The position numbers were made by a program, and so were the translations under genes. A stretch of DNA of 64,000 bases from Zootoca vivipara (lineage: Eukaryota), in NCBI RefSeq assembly GCF_963506605.1, contig NC_083282.1:73966001-74030000 (forward strand), given 5' to 3'. Positions 63,085 through 64,000 of this stretch are shown here, one piece after another. The notes below the pieces were generated by a model. It was not told the origin of the DNA. It made no database searches and saw only the letters and a list, made by a program, of their open reading frames with translations. The first letter of the stretch is position 1; each line of letters starts with the position of its first letter.

Positions 63085-64000
63085 TGTGGTCATCATTATT
63101 GCAAAGGCTGCCCAAATCAAGTATTGCCTTGACTCCAGAAAACACAGGAAAGTTTTACCAAACAGATTCTGCCATTTCTACAATCCATTTAGTTTTGAAG
63201 TATTCATACTTTTGGTGCCAACTGTGCATGGGGCCCTGTACAGAACATAGACAGTGATCAGAAAGGAAGTTACTATGCATAAGGACAATAATTTATTGAG
63301 GGGGTTGTGTAGCAGCTGCCAGTGTGGTGAGCTATGGAGCTCAGCACTGGTGCTGTTGCAGTTTACTTGGACAGTGCTAGGGTGGGGCATGACAGCAATG
63401 AGATTGGGGCTACACAGATGCATTGACAAAGCTACGCTGGTGCTCCCACTCAGACTAGCTGTCACTCTGCCCTATGTCCACATCAGGAATAGGCAAACTC
63501 GGCCCTCCAAATGTTTTGGGACTATAACTCCCATCATCCCTAGCTAACAGGACCAGTGCAGTGACACTGGTGTCAGGACGGCAGGCAGATCCACCACACC
63601 AGCTGCTACTGGCAGTGACTGGGGAGGGAGGGGGAGAGAGAGAACTTGCAGCCCTTGGCCTAATGCCATGCATGCATGGCCATGAGAGGGGGAAATGGGG
63701 AGGAGGGATGGCAAAAGGAGAGAAAAAACAGGGCAGAGGAAAAGAGAAGAGTAGTGCCACACCCACTGTTCATTCAGGCCCGCCCACTACTGGCATTTAG
63801 TTTCTGACAGATCACACACAATGGAATTTGGACAACTGAAAAAAAGTCTCACCACCCCTGATTTAATGAGTAATATTTTAAGATTAGAAAAGTACTGCTA
63901 CTTGACAACATCAGTCCATGGTCATCTAGTGACAGTCCACCCTCCTCATTTTATCATTTCCCTGCCAGATGCCTCTAAACAGCACACAGGCAATATATGA

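Noticed and set aside
56318-64000. NNAT orthologue, or BLCAP first exon/promoter
   Set aside because: No NNAT-like peptide and no CpG island seen. Small non-coding exons cannot be excluded by eye.

Overview
Vertebrate genomic DNA, almost certainly squamate and probably a lacertid lizard, judged from the Sauria-SINE and Squam3-like SINE content. The + strand carries the 3' part of SRC (c-Src). I can read nine constitutive coding exons, from mid-SH3 to the stop at 29057, all with GT-AG boundaries and a continuous frame. Two neuron-type SH3 micro-exons that the ORF track misses are also present: N1 (2611-2628, RKVDVR) and an N2 orthologue (13781-13813, SQIWFRFKWLQR). A probable ~7 kb 3'UTR follows. 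Convergent on the - strand is the single coding exon of BLCAP (49033-49296), with a candidate intronic ADAR editing-complementary sequence at ~50511-50755 and a uORF in frame with the CDS. A complete, apparently very young Ty1/copia LTR retrotransposon (51180-56312) sits in the presumed BLCAP upstream intron, antisense to BLCAP. It has 392-bp LTRs that are identical by eye, a 5-bp TSD, a multipartite tRNA-iMet primer-binding region, a PPT and an intact 1334-aa gag-pol ORF. The rest is intron or intergenic DNA dense in non-autonomous hAT and Tc1/mariner elements (many with readable TSDs), SINEs, L2/CR1/L1 fragments and microsatellites. The upstream SRC exons and the BLCAP promoter appear to lie outside the window. 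All alignments were done by eye, and comparisons to human, mouse and chicken sequences are from memory.
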